The notes under the pieces: model-generated
The model's database searches: none
What the model was told of the DNA's origin: nothing
The model's input: only the letters and a program-made list of their open reading frames with translations
Position numbers and translations under genes: made by a program
Source of the DNA: Escherichia coli
GTDB taxonomy: Bacteria > Pseudomonadota > Gammaproteobacteria > Enterobacterales > Enterobacteriaceae
DNA: 64,000 nucleotides
Reading direction: 5' to 3' (one strand)
Assembly (NCBI RefSeq): GCF_017348835.2
Contig: NZ_CP071375.1
Part shown: piece after piece, positions 10,496-22,383 of the stretch
Numbering within the stretch: position 1 is the first letter of the stretch
Layout of the letters: every line of letters begins with the position of its first letter

Positions 10496-12031
10496 TTAGT
10501 GTTTCTTGTCATTCATCACAATATAGTGTGGTGAACGTGCACGCGGGTGCAGGAAGAAGTGACCTTTTGGTGCGTTCTTACTGTTGATTGGCTCCAGAGT
10601 GACGCCGGTATTCGCTTTGCCTTTACGATCATGAACAGCATAGAGAATAAAGGGCAGGGCAAGTACCACCAGGAAACTAACGACCAGTAATTCAACATAC
10701 ATATCGGTAGAGTCACCCTGGATATTATCCGGCGGCAGGAAGGAAACAATAAACGCCATAATTGAAGTCAGCAGACCGACAATAGCCACGACCAGTTTCA
10801 CCCCTTTACCACCAGGGATATTAAATGTGCGTTTTAAGTCAGGATGTTTAAGAACCAACACAATGTAGCCAATAAACAGCATGAAATAAGCACACAGATA
10901 AATCACCACAGTCAGCGCCAGTGCGATCAGGAAGGACATGTTGTTACCGCCACCGGTATTGGTGAGGATGATCAACGCGATAGAAGTAATCACCAGCTGC
11001 GAAATGACCAGCGTTACCGGTACGCCATTTTTGTTCATTTTAGCGAATGCCGCTGGCAGCAGGTTTTTCTGCGCTGTGACATACATCCCGCGAGAAGGAC
11101 CAACAATCCAGGAGGCGATTTCCGCCAGAACACCCAGCAACAGCAGTGCGGAGATCACGCGAACCGTCCACTCAATTTCCGGTGCCACATGGGACATCAG
11201 AACGGTAAAGGTTTGCATTACCCCTGCGGAGAGGTTGATTTCATTACCCGGAATGACCATCGCAATAGACAAACCACCAACAGAGCTTAAGCAGATTGCC
11301 GCCACCATCAGCAGTAACATAGCCAACGGATAGTCGCGCCCTGGGTTGCTCATTTCATTGACGTGGGTTGCGGATGCTTCTACGCCCATATAACTCAAAA
11401 TGAAGGCAACAAATACTACCAGGGTGCCCACTTTAGAGAAGTCAGGGAAGAAGGTCTTCGAATCCATTTCGATAGCAACGGGGGCACCGGAGTGCAGATA
11501 AATAGCCGCTAATGCGATCAAAATAAATGCAGGTAACAGGATACCGGCGAAGAAGCCAACTTTAGCAATTCGCGCCGTGTATTTCGTGCCACCAAACTGC
11601 GTTAATGCCAGCGCCCAAAGAATGATGAGTGCTGCAATAGTTTTGGTAATGGGGTCTTCATTCAGCGCTGGCCATTTCAGGATGTAGGAGAGTGCCCCTA
11701 ACACGAAATAGAGCATCGGAATAAAACCAATGGCGATTTGCAGATAGCCAAATGAGATCGCTGCAAATCCCCATCTCGGCCCCAGAGTATTTGATACCCA
11801 GGCGAAGACACCACCTTCTTCCCAGCCGTCGACGGTGGCCATTTCCGCAGCACAAAGTCCCACGGGAATAAACCATAAAATCCCGCCTAATAGCAGGAAG
11901 AAGACTAATGAAAAGCCCGATGTTGCGAAGGTAGGGTATTCATAAACAGCCATTACCATCGATGCCGTTATGGCAAAGAATCCGAGTAATGTGAGCTGCT
12001 TAGCTTTACCTGTCTGTACTGATGTAGCCAT
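10496..12031 (-). CDS. gadC: glutamate:GABA antiporter
   Basis: 511-aa APC-family transporter; recognised GadC sequence. Confidence 0.93.
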   Translation of the reverse strand: MATSVQTGKAKQLTLLGFFAITASMVMAVYEYPTFATSGFSLVFFLLLGGILWFIPVGLCAAEMATVDGWEEGGVFAWVSNTLGPRWGFAAISFGYLQIAIGFIPMLYFVLGALSYILKWPALNEDPITKTIAALIILWALALTQFGGTKYTARIAKVGFFAGILLPAFILIALAAIYLHSGAPVAIEMDSKTFFPDFSKVGTLVVFVAFILSYMGVEASATHVNEMSNPGRDYPLAMLLLMVAAICLSSVGGLSIAMVIPGNEINLSAGVMQTFTVLMSHVAPEIEWTVRVISALLLLGVLAEIASWIVGPSRGMYVTAQKNLLPAAFAKMNKNGVPVTLVISQLVITSIALIILTNTGGGNNMSFLIALALTVVIYLCAYFMLFIGYIVLVLKHPDLKRTFNIPGGKGVKLVVAIVGLLTSIMAFIVSFLPPDNIQGDSTDMYVELLVVSFLVVLALPFILYAVHDRKGKANTGVTLEPINSKNAPKGHFFLHPRARSPHYIVMNDKKH

Positions 12032-12186
12032 ATTATCCCCCTAAAACGGTATTCCTGTCGGAACCGCACCTGTTTTGTTCTGAAGCGTATTCAGAACAAT
12101 ATTTTCCGTTGCTAATGCCAGTGAACAGACTTTGGAAATTGTCCCGAAACGGGTTCGTTTCGGGACACCGTTACCGTTAAACGTTA

Positions 12187-13587
12187 TCAGGTATGTTTAA
12201 AGCTGTTCTGTTGGGCAATACCCTGCAGTTTCGGGTGATCGCTGAGATATTTCAGGGAGGCTTTGTAGTCTTCCAGCAACAGTTCAGCAAAGTCCATTTC
12301 GAAGCCGCGACGACACATAATGCGCATCACCACGATGTCGGTGGCTTCACCGCCGAGAGTGAAGGCCGGAACCTGCCAGCCGCGCAGACGCAGACGTTCA
12401 GAGAGGTCGTACAGGGTGTATCCCGGATCTTCACCATCTTTCAGTTTGAAGCAAACCGCCGGGATGCCTTCGTCCGGGCGACCCGTACAGATGAACTCAT
12501 ACGGCCCCAGTTTGGCGATTTCATCCGCCAGATAGGCAGCGACCTGGTAGGAAGCATTCTGTACTTTGGTATAGCCTTCACGACCAAGGCGCAGGAATTC
12601 ATAGTACTGTGCAATCACCTGACCTGCCGGGCGGGAGAAGTTGATGGCGAAAGTACCAATCTGACCCCCCAGGTAGTCAACGTTGAACACCAGTTCCTGC
12701 GGCAGCGCTTCTTCGTCACGCCAGATAACCCAGCCGCAGCCCAGAGGAGCCAGACCGAATTTATGGCCTGAAGCACTGATCGATTTCACACGCGGCAGGC
12801 GGAAGTCCCAGACGATATCCGGGGCGACGAACGGTGCCAGAAAGCCACCGCTGGCGGCGTCGATGTGCATGTCGATGTCGATACCGGTGTCGGCCTGGAA
12901 TTTATCCAGCGCATCGTGCAGCGGTTGCGGGAACTCATAGTTACCGGTGTAGGTCACGCCGAAAGTCGGCACCACGCCGATGGTGTTTTCGTCGCAGGCT
13001 TCAATCATGCGTTTCGGGTCCATAAACAACTGACCGGGGCGCATAGGGATCTCACGCAGCTCCACATCCCAGTAGCGGGCGAATTTATGCCAGCAGATTT
13101 GTACCGGACCGCACACCAGGTTTGGTTTATCCGTTGGTTTGCCTGCAGCTTCCATACGCTTGCGCCAACGCCATTTCATCGCCATCCCGCCGAGCATACA
13201 GGCCTCGGAAGAACCAATGGTGTTGGTGCCAACGGCCTGACCATTTTTCGGCGCAGGCGCATGCCACAGATCGGCAACCATGTTTACGCAACGCAGGTCG
13301 ATGGCTGCGGATTGCGGATATTCTTCTTTGTCGATCCAGTTTTTATTGATCGACAAATCCATCAATTTATGGACGTTTTCGTCGTCCCAGGTCTGGCAGA
13401 AAGTGGCCAGGTTCTGACGAGCGTTGCCATCAAGATATAATTCATCATTGATAATCTGAAATGCGACATCGTCGCGCATTTCGTGCAGCGGAAAACGTTT
13501 TGATTCTGCGATAGTGGAAATAGACTTCGCACCAAAACGTGAATCGAGTAGTTCCGACCTTAAATCCGTTACTTGCTTCTTATCCAT
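12187..13587 (-). CDS. gadB: glutamate decarboxylase (PLP-dependent)
   Basis: 466 aa from [21 protein letters not shown]...; the ORF track adds a 23-codon upstream extension. Confidence 0.93.
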   Translation of the reverse strand: MDKKQVTDLRSELLDSRFGAKSISTIAESKRFPLHEMRDDVAFQIINDELYLDGNARQNLATFCQTWDDENVHKLMDLSINKNWIDKEEYPQSAAIDLRCVNMVADLWHAPAPKNGQAVGTNTIGSSEACMLGGMAMKWRWRKRMEAAGKPTDKPNLVCGPVQICWHKFARYWDVELREIPMRPGQLFMDPKRMIEACDENTIGVVPTFGVTYTGNYEFPQPLHDALDKFQADTGIDIDMHIDAASGGFLAPFVAPDIVWDFRLPRVKSISASGHKFGLAPLGCGWVIWRDEEALPQELVFNVDYLGGQIGTFAINFSRPAGQVIAQYYEFLRLGREGYTKVQNASYQVAAYLADEIAKLGPYEFICTGRPDEGIPAVCFKLKDGEDPGYTLYDLSERLRLRGWQVPAFTLGGEATDIVVMRIMCRRGFEMDFAELLLEDYKASLKYLSDHPKLQGIAQQNSFKHT

Positions 13588-13666
13588 TTTAAACTCCTTA
13601 AAATGATTGGATCGCATTAAAAAAGTAGGATTTATCGATAAAGTAAGCAAGTGCAAAGGACTCGGG

Positions 13667-13686
13667 TTTAAATAACAAAATCCTAA
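13667..13686 (-). promoter_or_regulatory. GAD box (GadE binding site) in the gadB promoter
   Basis: Plus strand tttaaataacaaaatcctaa is the reverse complement of the 20-bp GAD box TTAGGATTTTGTTATTTAAA, about 80 bp upstream of the gadB ATG. Confidence 0.7.
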
Positions 13687-13948
13687 TGTTATTTATCGTG
13701 AGATATTACGCGAATAATATTTTTTCATTGAAAAACAATATAATAGGGAGTTCTTGGGTGGTGGCAAGGTGTTTTATGCTGTTATTTTTATGCGCATTCT
13801 GTGCCTCCTGAATTATCACGTAAAAATCAGACCTTAAAATATCACTATTAGTACTTAGTTATTATTTTGAACGCATTTATAAAATTATTACATAAAAATG
13901 GCGAATATTGCTAAAATTCCCGCCAACGATGTGTTGACGGGACTGTTA

Positions 13949-16744
13949 TTATTTTGGCAATAATACTCCGGTATAGGTATTTACCGGATGAGAAAGATAT
14001 TGTTTAACGGCAGTATTAACATTCTCTACTGTCATTTGTTTCAACAGTTGCTCCTGCTCAGTCCATGCTGCAGGATAGTCATATTGAATAAGACTATTTA
14101 CAATGGTGTTCGCTAATTGTTGAACGCTACGCTGTTGGATATCGAGGCTGCGCTGAACGTTTTGCTGGTATTCATTCAGTTCTTGCTCACTGATCCCTTT
14201 AGCCAGACGCTTAACCATCACTTCATTCGCTAACGTTAACAGTTCATCATGTCGTTCTGGTTGACAAGTAAAAGCCAGCAAATGACTGATATCTTTGGCC
14301 TGAGGATCAACCGAGAGGCGAGAAGAAACGCTGTATGCCCCAGATGCCTGTTCACGAATATTAACGCGTAGATCTTTTGCCAGTGCGACGTTAAAAGCAT
14401 CGAGCGCCATACGCGTCGCCAGATTAACAGGTGTCCGGGAATCATAACGCTTCCACTGTGAAACCTGTGCCACAGGTTCATTTTGTTCCTTTACAGTAAC
14501 CGATGCATTGTCCGTCGCGCGAGTTAATGGTTTACCTGCGGCTAATGGCGAATCAGAGTGTTTGATTGATCCTAAGTAACGCGTAATTAACGCCACGAGT
14601 TTGTCTTCTGCGACATTACCGACAATGACAAACGTGATATCCGCTGGAGATGAAAACAACTGGCGATCGGCAGCCAGCGCATCTGCGGCAGTAAACTGTA
14701 CAATCTGATTTTCTTGCAGTAATTTCGTGCGGTCATCAGCATAGCGCGTCTCATACATCTGCTGGGCGAATTTCTCCGCTGGACGCTGGTCGAGCGTTTT
14801 CAACGCCTGAATTTGAGCATTTTGTAGCGATGCCCAAATATTGTCGTTAATCGTGCTGTGGGTGATTCGCTGGTTAATCAACTGGAAACCAGGTTCAGGG
14901 TTATTAGTCCGCGCGCTAACGGAGAGCAATGTATTCATGCCACTGACTTTACTGCTCATGGTTACCGAGTTTTCCGCACTCCAGCGTTTCAGGCTGGAAG
15001 AGGAGAGTTCACCAACGCCGCTTCCGCTTACTGCTTTATTTGCCAGCGCGATAAGTGATTTTTGCTGCGCAGGGAAACTTAACTCGCCTTTATTCGATAC
15101 GGCAGTAATTTGTAGCTTTTGCTCTTCACCCGCGGATTTTGCCAGAATAACCCTGGCACCATTGGAAAGTGTTAATGATGTCAGATTCTCAGCCAGCGTT
15201 TCTTTGCTGCTAATTTCCGCCTGTGGGTCAGCGTCTACTGTTAACGATAAATTTCTGCCTGGGAAGATGTAAGCCGCCAGCTTTTTGTTGGCGTACTCTT
15301 TTTCCAGCGCCAGGATAGCCGCAGGAGACAATGCTTTATTGGCGGCAACCTCATTGTTTACCATTTGCTCCCAAAATGCGTCCTGGTTCTTTCTTAACTG
15401 CTGCCATTTTTCCGTCAGACTTTGCACGGTAATTTGCTGCCACAGACGTTTCGAAAGTTGATATGTCTCTTCCGGCGACAAGAACGGCGTATTATTTAAT
15501 GAGCTGGATGCCAGGCGACTGGTCAGCATACGTAAATCACGTTCAGCTTGCTGATCAACCGCATTTTTCAGCCAGGTGAGGCGGGTAGATTTGACATCAT
15601 CGAGTTCTTCAGCAGAAAAACCATGCTGATCAATGGTTGCCAACTCTGCCATTAATGCATTCGCAGCATCCTGCATATTATCGTCTCGTGCATTTACACG
15701 GAAAAACAGCGACTGATAATCGGGTGCAATTCTAACGCTGCGCGCAGTGCCGCCAGAAATAGTCTTCAACTCGCCCGACTGTATGCGTTCCTGCAGACGT
15801 TGATTGAACAGCTGAACTAACATGCTCCATTCAGCTTGTTCGATAAAGCTTTGCTCATCGTTCACTTGTACCATTGGCAGGCGATAATAGAGTGCGATGC
15901 CGTTCACCCGGTTTTCTTTATCATTAATGATATTAAAGCGCAGGTGATTTTCGGCTTTTGTCGGCCAGACGCGATTTTCAGCGGCCTTGTTAGCCGGAAG
16001 CTTACTTAAATTATCCTTTATCAGCGCCAGCGCTTCTTTACTGTCGATATCGCCGACCACGATAAAGGTCATATTATTTGGTTGATACCACCGTTGATAA
16101 AATTGGCGCAATTGTGCCGGTGTGACCGTGGCGACAGTATCCATCAGGCCGATAGGTTCACGGTCTAAATTACGGGTATTAGCCAGCAGGAAAGGGCGGC
16201 GCGCCTGAGAGGTGCGCCATTTCGCATCCTGATGGGCACGCCATTCCTCAGTAATTACGCCACGTTCAGCGTCTACTTCGAGTTTTTCAAAGGTTGCGGC
16301 ATTACTCCATTCACTGAAGATTGCCATCACTTGTTGCAGATTTTGTTTCTGCGTAGTTGGCAAACTCACCTGATACACCGTTTCGTCATAGCTGGTATAG
16401 GCATTAACATCGCGACCAAAACGCAGGCCCATTGACTCAAATGTTTCGATGACTTTATTACCCGGCCATGTTTTTGTGCCGTTAAACATCATATGTTCTA
16501 CAAAATGAGCCACGCCGCGCTCATTGTCTTCTTCCTGCAATGAACCGGTATGAATTTGCAGCCATAAATTTACCTGATCCTTTGGATGAGCATGCGGATA
16601 AATCATATATCGCAAGCCATTGTCCAGTTGCCCGGTAATTAACTTTTCATCCTGCGGTAAGGCGGCGGCAATCAGCCGCCCGGGGAGCAACAGAGTTGCC
16701 ACTAACGTCAGTAAGAAACAGAGGTTTCTCATAATTATCTCCAT
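13949..16744 (-). CDS. pqqL: M16-family zinc peptidase, periplasmic
   Basis: 931-aa ORF with HxxEH motif (HFVEHMMFNG); recognised PqqL sequence. Confidence 0.9.
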   Translation of the reverse strand: MEIIMRNLCFLLTLVATLLLPGRLIAAALPQDEKLITGQLDNGLRYMIYPHAHPKDQVNLWLQIHTGSLQEEDNERGVAHFVEHMMFNGTKTWPGNKVIETFESMGLRFGRDVNAYTSYDETVYQVSLPTTQKQNLQQVMAIFSEWSNAATFEKLEVDAERGVITEEWRAHQDAKWRTSQARRPFLLANTRNLDREPIGLMDTVATVTPAQLRQFYQRWYQPNNMTFIVVGDIDSKEALALIKDNLSKLPANKAAENRVWPTKAENHLRFNIINDKENRVNGIALYYRLPMVQVNDEQSFIEQAEWSMLVQLFNQRLQERIQSGELKTISGGTARSVRIAPDYQSLFFRVNARDDNMQDAANALMAELATIDQHGFSAEELDDVKSTRLTWLKNAVDQQAERDLRMLTSRLASSSLNNTPFLSPEETYQLSKRLWQQITVQSLTEKWQQLRKNQDAFWEQMVNNEVAANKALSPAAILALEKEYANKKLAAYIFPGRNLSLTVDADPQAEISSKETLAENLTSLTLSNGARVILAKSAGEEQKLQITAVSNKGELSFPAQQKSLIALANKAVSGSGVGELSSSSLKRWSAENSVTMSSKVSGMNTLLSVSARTNNPEPGFQLINQRITHSTINDNIWASLQNAQIQALKTLDQRPAEKFAQQMYETRYADDRTKLLQENQIVQFTAADALAADRQLFSSPADITFVIVGNVAEDKLVALITRYLGSIKHSDSPLAAGKPLTRATDNASVTVKEQNEPVAQVSQWKRYDSRTPVNLATRMALDAFNVALAKDLRVNIREQASGAYSVSSRLSVDPQAKDISHLLAFTCQPERHDELLTLANEVMVKRLAKGISEQELNEYQQNVQRSLDIQQRSVQQLANTIVNSLIQYDYPAAWTEQEQLLKQMTVENVNTAVKQYLSHPVNTYTGVLLPK

Positions 16745-16788
16745 GCGAAAACCGGGCGAATTTACCCGGTTAAGTAAAATCCGAACTA

Positions 16789-19161
16789 TTAAAATTTCAT
16801 GCTGACATCAAGCCAGAAAGTACGGCCACTGGCGTAGGTCGCCACACCGGTATTCGTTGTATCAACAGCGGTTTTGCTATCCAGTACATTGAGAATATCG
16901 GCACTGATCGTCAGGTTTTGTTGTTTCAGAAATTGTGGCGTCCAGGACAAGCGGGTGTCCCAGGTCAGGCTGCTATCCAGTTTTTCGTCAACATACTGCT
17001 TGTAATCTGAATATTCGCTGATGTATTGCGCATTTGTCTTACCCAGGATAATGCGAGCTTTACGCGCTTCTTGCCAGGCCAGCGTATTCGCCCACACCAA
17101 CCCGCTCGGTTGATGCGTGAAATCCATGTTTAAGGAGATCTTTAATGGGTTATTAAAATCCGCCACTGGAACACTATCGTAAGAAACCAGATTGCCGTTA
17201 TAAACCACCTGGTTATCACCGGTATTGCTCTCCTCATAACCATTGTTTAACGACAAGTTACCCTTGCTCTTGATATAGCTAAAGACAATTTGCGGGTTAA
17301 TATCTACCTGGCTGATATGCAGGGGTTCGGCCAGTTCAAAACTGAGGTTGAACGAATGCGTTTTGGTTTTGCCGTCGTTGTTATATTCAGTAATGGTGGT
17401 TTTAGTCGCGCTGTCGGTACGACTGCTTTTGCTGATTTGATCATGCGCTTCACGGTAAACATAGTTTGCGCGCGCAATAACGTTCTTACCGATTTTTTGC
17501 TGCAATCCCATTGCCAGTTCATCGTTATAAGGCGTTTTCAAATCCTGATAACGCGTCAGGGTTTTATTACCTGATACCGATTCCGTCCAGCTATTGCGGA
17601 TATCACGTAATCCCATATCAAGAATATTCCCGCCATAGTAACGGTTATAACCTGCTGTAATCATTGAGGTTTGATCAGCAAAAATATCCCATTCCGTCAT
17701 AAAGCGCGGGGAGATATTGTGGTTTGACAGATAGTTGTCATAGTCATACCGCACGCCGGGCATTAATGACACATTACGCCAGCTAATGCGATCCGCCATA
17801 TACAGTGTGTAGTTGTCAATTCCCAGGCTGCCTTTACCTTTATGGTAAATGGTATGGTTAGTTTTCTTTCCGGCAGCATTAATCACATAGGATTCAGACT
17901 GGTTATGGCGTTCAGTCCATGCATCGGAATAGATGTATTCCGCGCCGAAGTAGGGTTGATGCGAAACATTACCCACGGCGAATTTTTGCCAGTCCAGGCG
18001 TGTTTTGAAGGTGTAATTATCTACAGCCTGGGAAATGTGTCCTAATCCGCCACGGGTGCAACGCCCTGTAATATCACCATATGTACATGAAAGTTCGGTG
18101 TACCAGATGTCATGATCGTGACGGGTATAATCACTAATATGATCCCAACCAACGGTGGTACGTAGTTTGGCCCATGCGAGCTGCGTATCCATATCCCATG
18201 CCAGACCATAGGATTTATTACCCATTTCGCGATCAGACTGCGGGAAGGTGCTGGTATTATAATCACGGCTGGAGCCGGTATATTTTAAGGTTAAATCGTG
18301 GGTAAAGCGGTCGCTGGCAAACCAGGTAAATTTGCTCAATGCAGTATCGATAACGTTTTTATACTGTGCCCGACCGGCGACAATGCCGTCATTCGAAACA
18401 TAATCCGCGCGGGTGATATCAGACTGGCGGCGCGATAAACCGGCGGTAACGCCAAAGTTATCAGCGAGTTCCTGATTAAACGACAAGGTATAAAAGTTCT
18501 TTTTAAAATCTGGAGAGTAATAAGTACTTCCTGAAGAACCTTGATTAAATGCGCTCTTGTTATTCTCATCGATATGCGATGTTAACCAGTCCGAACGCGT
18601 AGTGCGATAACCCAGTTTCACGCTGCTATCATCAGCGTTGAAGCGTTTGATCTTTGCATCAATTACCCCGCCATTGAAGCGACCGAATTCAACCGGCACA
18701 AAACTGTCATAAAGCGTCACATTGTCCAGTAAGCTGACATCAAGATAATACCCCTGTGACATCCCGCTAATATTGGTTGCACTACTGGCATCGGACTCAT
18801 TCGCTGGGTTCAGGTTATTAGTGGCACTGATACCGTCAATCAAATAGGCATTCTGATAGGGCGACGCACCGTGAATAGAGATTTTCTCCGGGCGAATATC
18901 TCCCTGGTTCAACGAGGTACTTTGCGTTGAATCCATGCGTACCGCAGGGTTGGTTCTCAGCAGATCGCTGATATTGCCATTCCCGGTCGGTAAACGCTCG
19001 ATGCTTTCACTGGTGTAATGCGTGTTGCCGTTTACGGGTACAGGGACAGGAGCATAGACCGTCATCTCTTCAAAAAAATGCATGTACATGTTTTTGTCAT
19101 CGACGGCCTGCGCCACATCAGCGCCACATAAAATGACGCCAGGAATAAGAACTCGCTTCAT
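16789..19161 (-). CDS. yddB: TonB-dependent outer-membrane receptor-like protein
   Basis: 790-aa ORF ending in the C-terminal aromatic F of beta-barrels; within the yddA-yddB-pqqL operon. Confidence 0.88.
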   Translation of the reverse strand: MKRVLIPGVILCGADVAQAVDDKNMYMHFFEEMTVYAPVPVPVNGNTHYTSESIERLPTGNGNISDLLRTNPAVRMDSTQSTSLNQGDIRPEKISIHGASPYQNAYLIDGISATNNLNPANESDASSATNISGMSQGYYLDVSLLDNVTLYDSFVPVEFGRFNGGVIDAKIKRFNADDSSVKLGYRTTRSDWLTSHIDENNKSAFNQGSSGSTYYSPDFKKNFYTLSFNQELADNFGVTAGLSRRQSDITRADYVSNDGIVAGRAQYKNVIDTALSKFTWFASDRFTHDLTLKYTGSSRDYNTSTFPQSDREMGNKSYGLAWDMDTQLAWAKLRTTVGWDHISDYTRHDHDIWYTELSCTYGDITGRCTRGGLGHISQAVDNYTFKTRLDWQKFAVGNVSHQPYFGAEYIYSDAWTERHNQSESYVINAAGKKTNHTIYHKGKGSLGIDNYTLYMADRISWRNVSLMPGVRYDYDNYLSNHNISPRFMTEWDIFADQTSMITAGYNRYYGGNILDMGLRDIRNSWTESVSGNKTLTRYQDLKTPYNDELAMGLQQKIGKNVIARANYVYREAHDQISKSSRTDSATKTTITEYNNDGKTKTHSFNLSFELAEPLHISQVDINPQIVFSYIKSKGNLSLNNGYEESNTGDNQVVYNGNLVSYDSVPVADFNNPLKISLNMDFTHQPSGLVWANTLAWQEARKARIILGKTNAQYISEYSDYKQYVDEKLDSSLTWDTRLSWTPQFLKQQNLTISADILNVLDSKTAVDTTNTGVATYASGRTFWLDVSMKF

Positions 19162-19198
19162 TTATTTATATCTCCGTACAGCAGGGCTTTTATTGTTT

Positions 19199-20884
19199 TT
19201 ATAAAACCGCGCTAATGTCACAAATATCATCGGCCAGGTTCCAGACACCGGGTTGATGTGTAACCATAATGACGCCGCTTGTGGGTAGTTTTTCACGCAC
19301 TAAACGCAGTAAGCGGATAGCCTCTTGTTCCTCAAGATGAGAGGTAGTTTCGTCAAGAAATATCCATTTCGGACGTCGTAAAATTAATCGTGCCAGGGCG
19401 ATACGTTGTTTTTCGCCGCTGGAAAGAATATCTCCCCAGCGATCGTGGTCATGAATACGCGCAGCCAATTTCCCCAGACCAACCTGATGCAGTACTTCGC
19501 TCAACGATTTATCGTCTACGGGCAGGGGAAGTGCTTTACAAATAATCTCTTTCAGTAAGCCGGTTTTGATTAACGGTGTTTGTGACACATACCAACTGTC
19601 AGCAGGAGAAGAAATATCACCTTTAAACCACGGCCAGCAGTGGGATAATGTTTTAAGCAGTGTGGTTTTTCCCGCACCAGAGTAGCCTTTCAGTAATAGC
19701 CATTTGCCTGGCGAAACATGAAAGTTCAGGTTCTCTAATATGATCTTATTATCAGGCGTACGAATACTCGCATCAGCCACTTGTACCGCATGTTGGCAAT
19801 TTTTAGGCTTATTCGTAGGGCGCTGTTCAGTGAGTTGATGGAACTCATACAAGCGATCGATAACCGCAGCCAGTTCAGCAAGTTCGTCATATTTATAAAT
19901 AAACCAGCTTAAATTGTTCGATACCAGCATAAAGGCCTGGCGCGATTTCATCAGTCCGCCCAGATTGATCTGCCCGCTAATAAACTGCGGCAATAACAGA
20001 AAGTAGGGAAGAACGCTAAGCGAGCGCGAATAAATATTCTGCCAGTAATCAAGCCACCGCTGACGATTCATTAAACGATGCCAGTTCTCTTTAATGGTAT
20101 GAAAATTGTCGCTCAACTCCTGGCGTTGTAGAGACTCAGCATTGCTTAGCGCAATCTGTTCTGCCTGCTTATTATGCTGCACAAGATTTGTTCGAAATGT
20201 CGCTTCGCTACGTTGTTTTTCCACATTAAGCGGACGAATACGTTTACCCACCTTATGGGTAAATAAAGTTCCACCGATCACAATGAGCACGACGGTATAG
20301 ACCATATACCCCTGGATATTCCATTCTGTTCCACCAACAGTGAATGAGAGCGTACCCGCGCTTTGCCAAAGAATAACGGTAAAGGTGATCAGCATGCTAA
20401 GTGACTGGATGAAGCCAAATGAAAGACTGAGCGTTTTGCTGATCAGTAAGAGAATGTCTTCAGCGATACGTTGGTCAGGGTTATCTGTATTTTTATGCTC
20501 GCCGTAGATCTGCGTGAAGTAGTAGTTTTTATCTGCAAACCACCGATTAAGGTAGTAATCTGTTAACCATTCGCGCCAGCGAATAGTCAGCAGTTTAATT
20601 AACCATGTTTTGTTTACGGATATTAATACAAAGATCCCCAGCAGGGCAGGGAACCAAAGGACAAGCTGCCAAAGCTTATCGGTTTCTTTCTGGCTTAGCG
20701 CATTGAAAAAATCATTATTCCAGTCGTTTAACCAGACCTGAATTTTAACCACGCCAAGGATCATGGCGAGGATAATAATGATTAACAACACTGAAGTTTT
20801 ATTATTCTTACGCAGCCAAAAGGGCTTCAGCAGACAGAGATACTTTGCTATCAACATACAAAACGTAATGGGAATGGTTATCAT
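19199..20884 (-). CDS. yddA: fused ABC transporter permease/ATPase
   Basis: 561-aa ORF with N-terminal TM domain and C-terminal ABC ATPase (Walker A GYSGAGKTT, signature LSSGEKQR). Confidence 0.88.
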   Translation of the reverse strand: MITIPITFCMLIAKYLCLLKPFWLRKNNKTSVLLIIIILAMILGVVKIQVWLNDWNNDFFNALSQKETDKLWQLVLWFPALLGIFVLISVNKTWLIKLLTIRWREWLTDYYLNRWFADKNYYFTQIYGEHKNTDNPDQRIAEDILLLISKTLSLSFGFIQSLSMLITFTVILWQSAGTLSFTVGGTEWNIQGYMVYTVVLIVIGGTLFTHKVGKRIRPLNVEKQRSEATFRTNLVQHNKQAEQIALSNAESLQRQELSDNFHTIKENWHRLMNRQRWLDYWQNIYSRSLSVLPYFLLLPQFISGQINLGGLMKSRQAFMLVSNNLSWFIYKYDELAELAAVIDRLYEFHQLTEQRPTNKPKNCQHAVQVADASIRTPDNKIILENLNFHVSPGKWLLLKGYSGAGKTTLLKTLSHCWPWFKGDISSPADSWYVSQTPLIKTGLLKEIICKALPLPVDDKSLSEVLHQVGLGKLAARIHDHDRWGDILSSGEKQRIALARLILRRPKWIFLDETTSHLEEQEAIRLLRLVREKLPTSGVIMVTHQPGVWNLADDICDISAVL

Positions 20885-21174
20885 TAGCGAAAATTGATTG
20901 TGCCATCCAATGATTATCTATGGCAATGATTTACTGATGAAATTTATTTAAGTATCACTTAACAATATGAAATATAAAGAAATATTTCATTTTCATCAGT
21001 TATGGTTATGCTATTGATAATCAAGGGTATTGCTAATACCCTGACGCATACCACGTAAGCCAGGATTTTCGCAAGGGAAGATGATGATGACGAAACACCC
21101 GACAGGAATTTATGTCGGGTGCCTTGTTAAGGTCATAAGAAGGAGGCTAAGAATGGAGCTAAAAGAGAGCGTTA

Positions 21175-22332
21175 TTAATTATTCTCCATTTGTTTTGCAA
21201 CATCCATAATGTGGTAAAGCGGTACTCTGTTCTTAGCTAACTCCACCATGGCGTTCATATAAGGTACCATGGTTGAAAAAAGGATTTTATAACCTTCGCA
21301 AAAATAAGAAACAGTCTCATTGTTTACTTTAGTAATACGATGCTTAGGACAACCGCCATTGCAGATAGGTTTATATGCACATTGCTGACATTTCGCTGAA
21401 ATCCGTTTTTTTTGCGCTGTCAGTTGTATACTGTTCATCGTTTTGAGTTCAGATTTATTAATGTTTCCAATTTTGTACTGTGGATAGACAAAATGGTCGC
21501 ATTCGTAAATGTCTCCATTACTTTCAACAACCAGATTATCCTTGCAGGACTCCTGGAAAATACAACTGGTATGCCCATTCCCCAAAAAACGGCTGACAAA
21601 GCTTTCAAACTGACGAATGAAAATTTCACCCACATCGTTTTTAACCCATTGCATAAAAATGGTTGACATAAACTTGCCATAAGCCGTGGGAGGCACAGAA
21701 AAATCAATGATACGGAATGTGTTCTCACTATGACCACTGAAATCAATATTCGGCGTCCCGGTTTCTAGCAATTCGATAAATTGCATATGTTTACTGCCGA
21801 TAGATTTTAAAAAATGATAAACCTCAAGAGGATAATGGACATTAACGTTATTAATGACGGTTAACGTATTAAACTCTACTTGATATGATTTCAGACGGTC
21901 GATGGCTGCTATCACTTTTACAAAAGTACCGTTACCTGAATTACTGCGTCTGTAACGGTCATGTAACTCCTGGGGGCCATCGATCGAGATACCAACCAGA
22001 AATTCATGTTCTTTGAGAAAGGCACACCATTCATTATTCAATAAAATGCCATTCGTCTGTAATGCATTAAAAATACGTTTTTGGCCTGCATAGCGTTGTT
22101 GATAGTGAATAACTTTACGGAAAAAATCCAGGCCAGCCAGAGTGGGTTCACCGCCTTGCCAGGTAAAATAGACCTGATTGCCAGACGCTGCGATATATTG
22201 TTTGATGAACTCTTTCAGAGTACTGTCATCCATCCATTTTTCATGAGTAAACTGCGACTCTTTTTCAAGGTAAAAACAGTAATCACATTTGAGATTACAT
22301 TGAAAACTGGAGGGCTTGGCTGTAACGTGCAT
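21175..22332 (-). CDS. ydeM: radical-SAM anaerobic sulfatase-maturating-enzyme-like protein
   Basis: CxxxCxxC radical SAM motif (CNLKCDYC) near the N-terminus; adjacent to sulfatase ydeN. Confidence 0.85.
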   Translation of the reverse strand: MHVTAKPSSFQCNLKCDYCFYLEKESQFTHEKWMDDSTLKEFIKQYIAASGNQVYFTWQGGEPTLAGLDFFRKVIHYQQRYAGQKRIFNALQTNGILLNNEWCAFLKEHEFLVGISIDGPQELHDRYRRSNSGNGTFVKVIAAIDRLKSYQVEFNTLTVINNVNVHYPLEVYHFLKSIGSKHMQFIELLETGTPNIDFSGHSENTFRIIDFSVPPTAYGKFMSTIFMQWVKNDVGEIFIRQFESFVSRFLGNGHTSCIFQESCKDNLVVESNGDIYECDHFVYPQYKIGNINKSELKTMNSIQLTAQKKRISAKCQQCAYKPICNGGCPKHRITKVNNETVSYFCEGYKILFSTMVPYMNAMVELAKNRVPLYHIMDVAKQMENN

Positions 22333-22351
22333 CGCTATCTCGCTCAATAAG

Positions 22352-22371
22352 GCGGCGGAAAATTCCGCCGC
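22352..22371. other. intergenic GC-rich hairpin between ydeN and ydeM
   Basis: Inverted repeat gcggcgg-aaaatt-ccgccgc. Confidence 0.4.
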
Positions 22372-22383
22372 ATGAAGGTTTAG

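Noticed and set aside
12193..13440. Several plus-strand ORFs (192, 191, 85 and 63 aa) antisense to gadB
   Set aside because: Embedded antisense in a conserved, recognisable gene; translations are low-complexity and Arg/Cys-rich, typical of spurious antisense frames.
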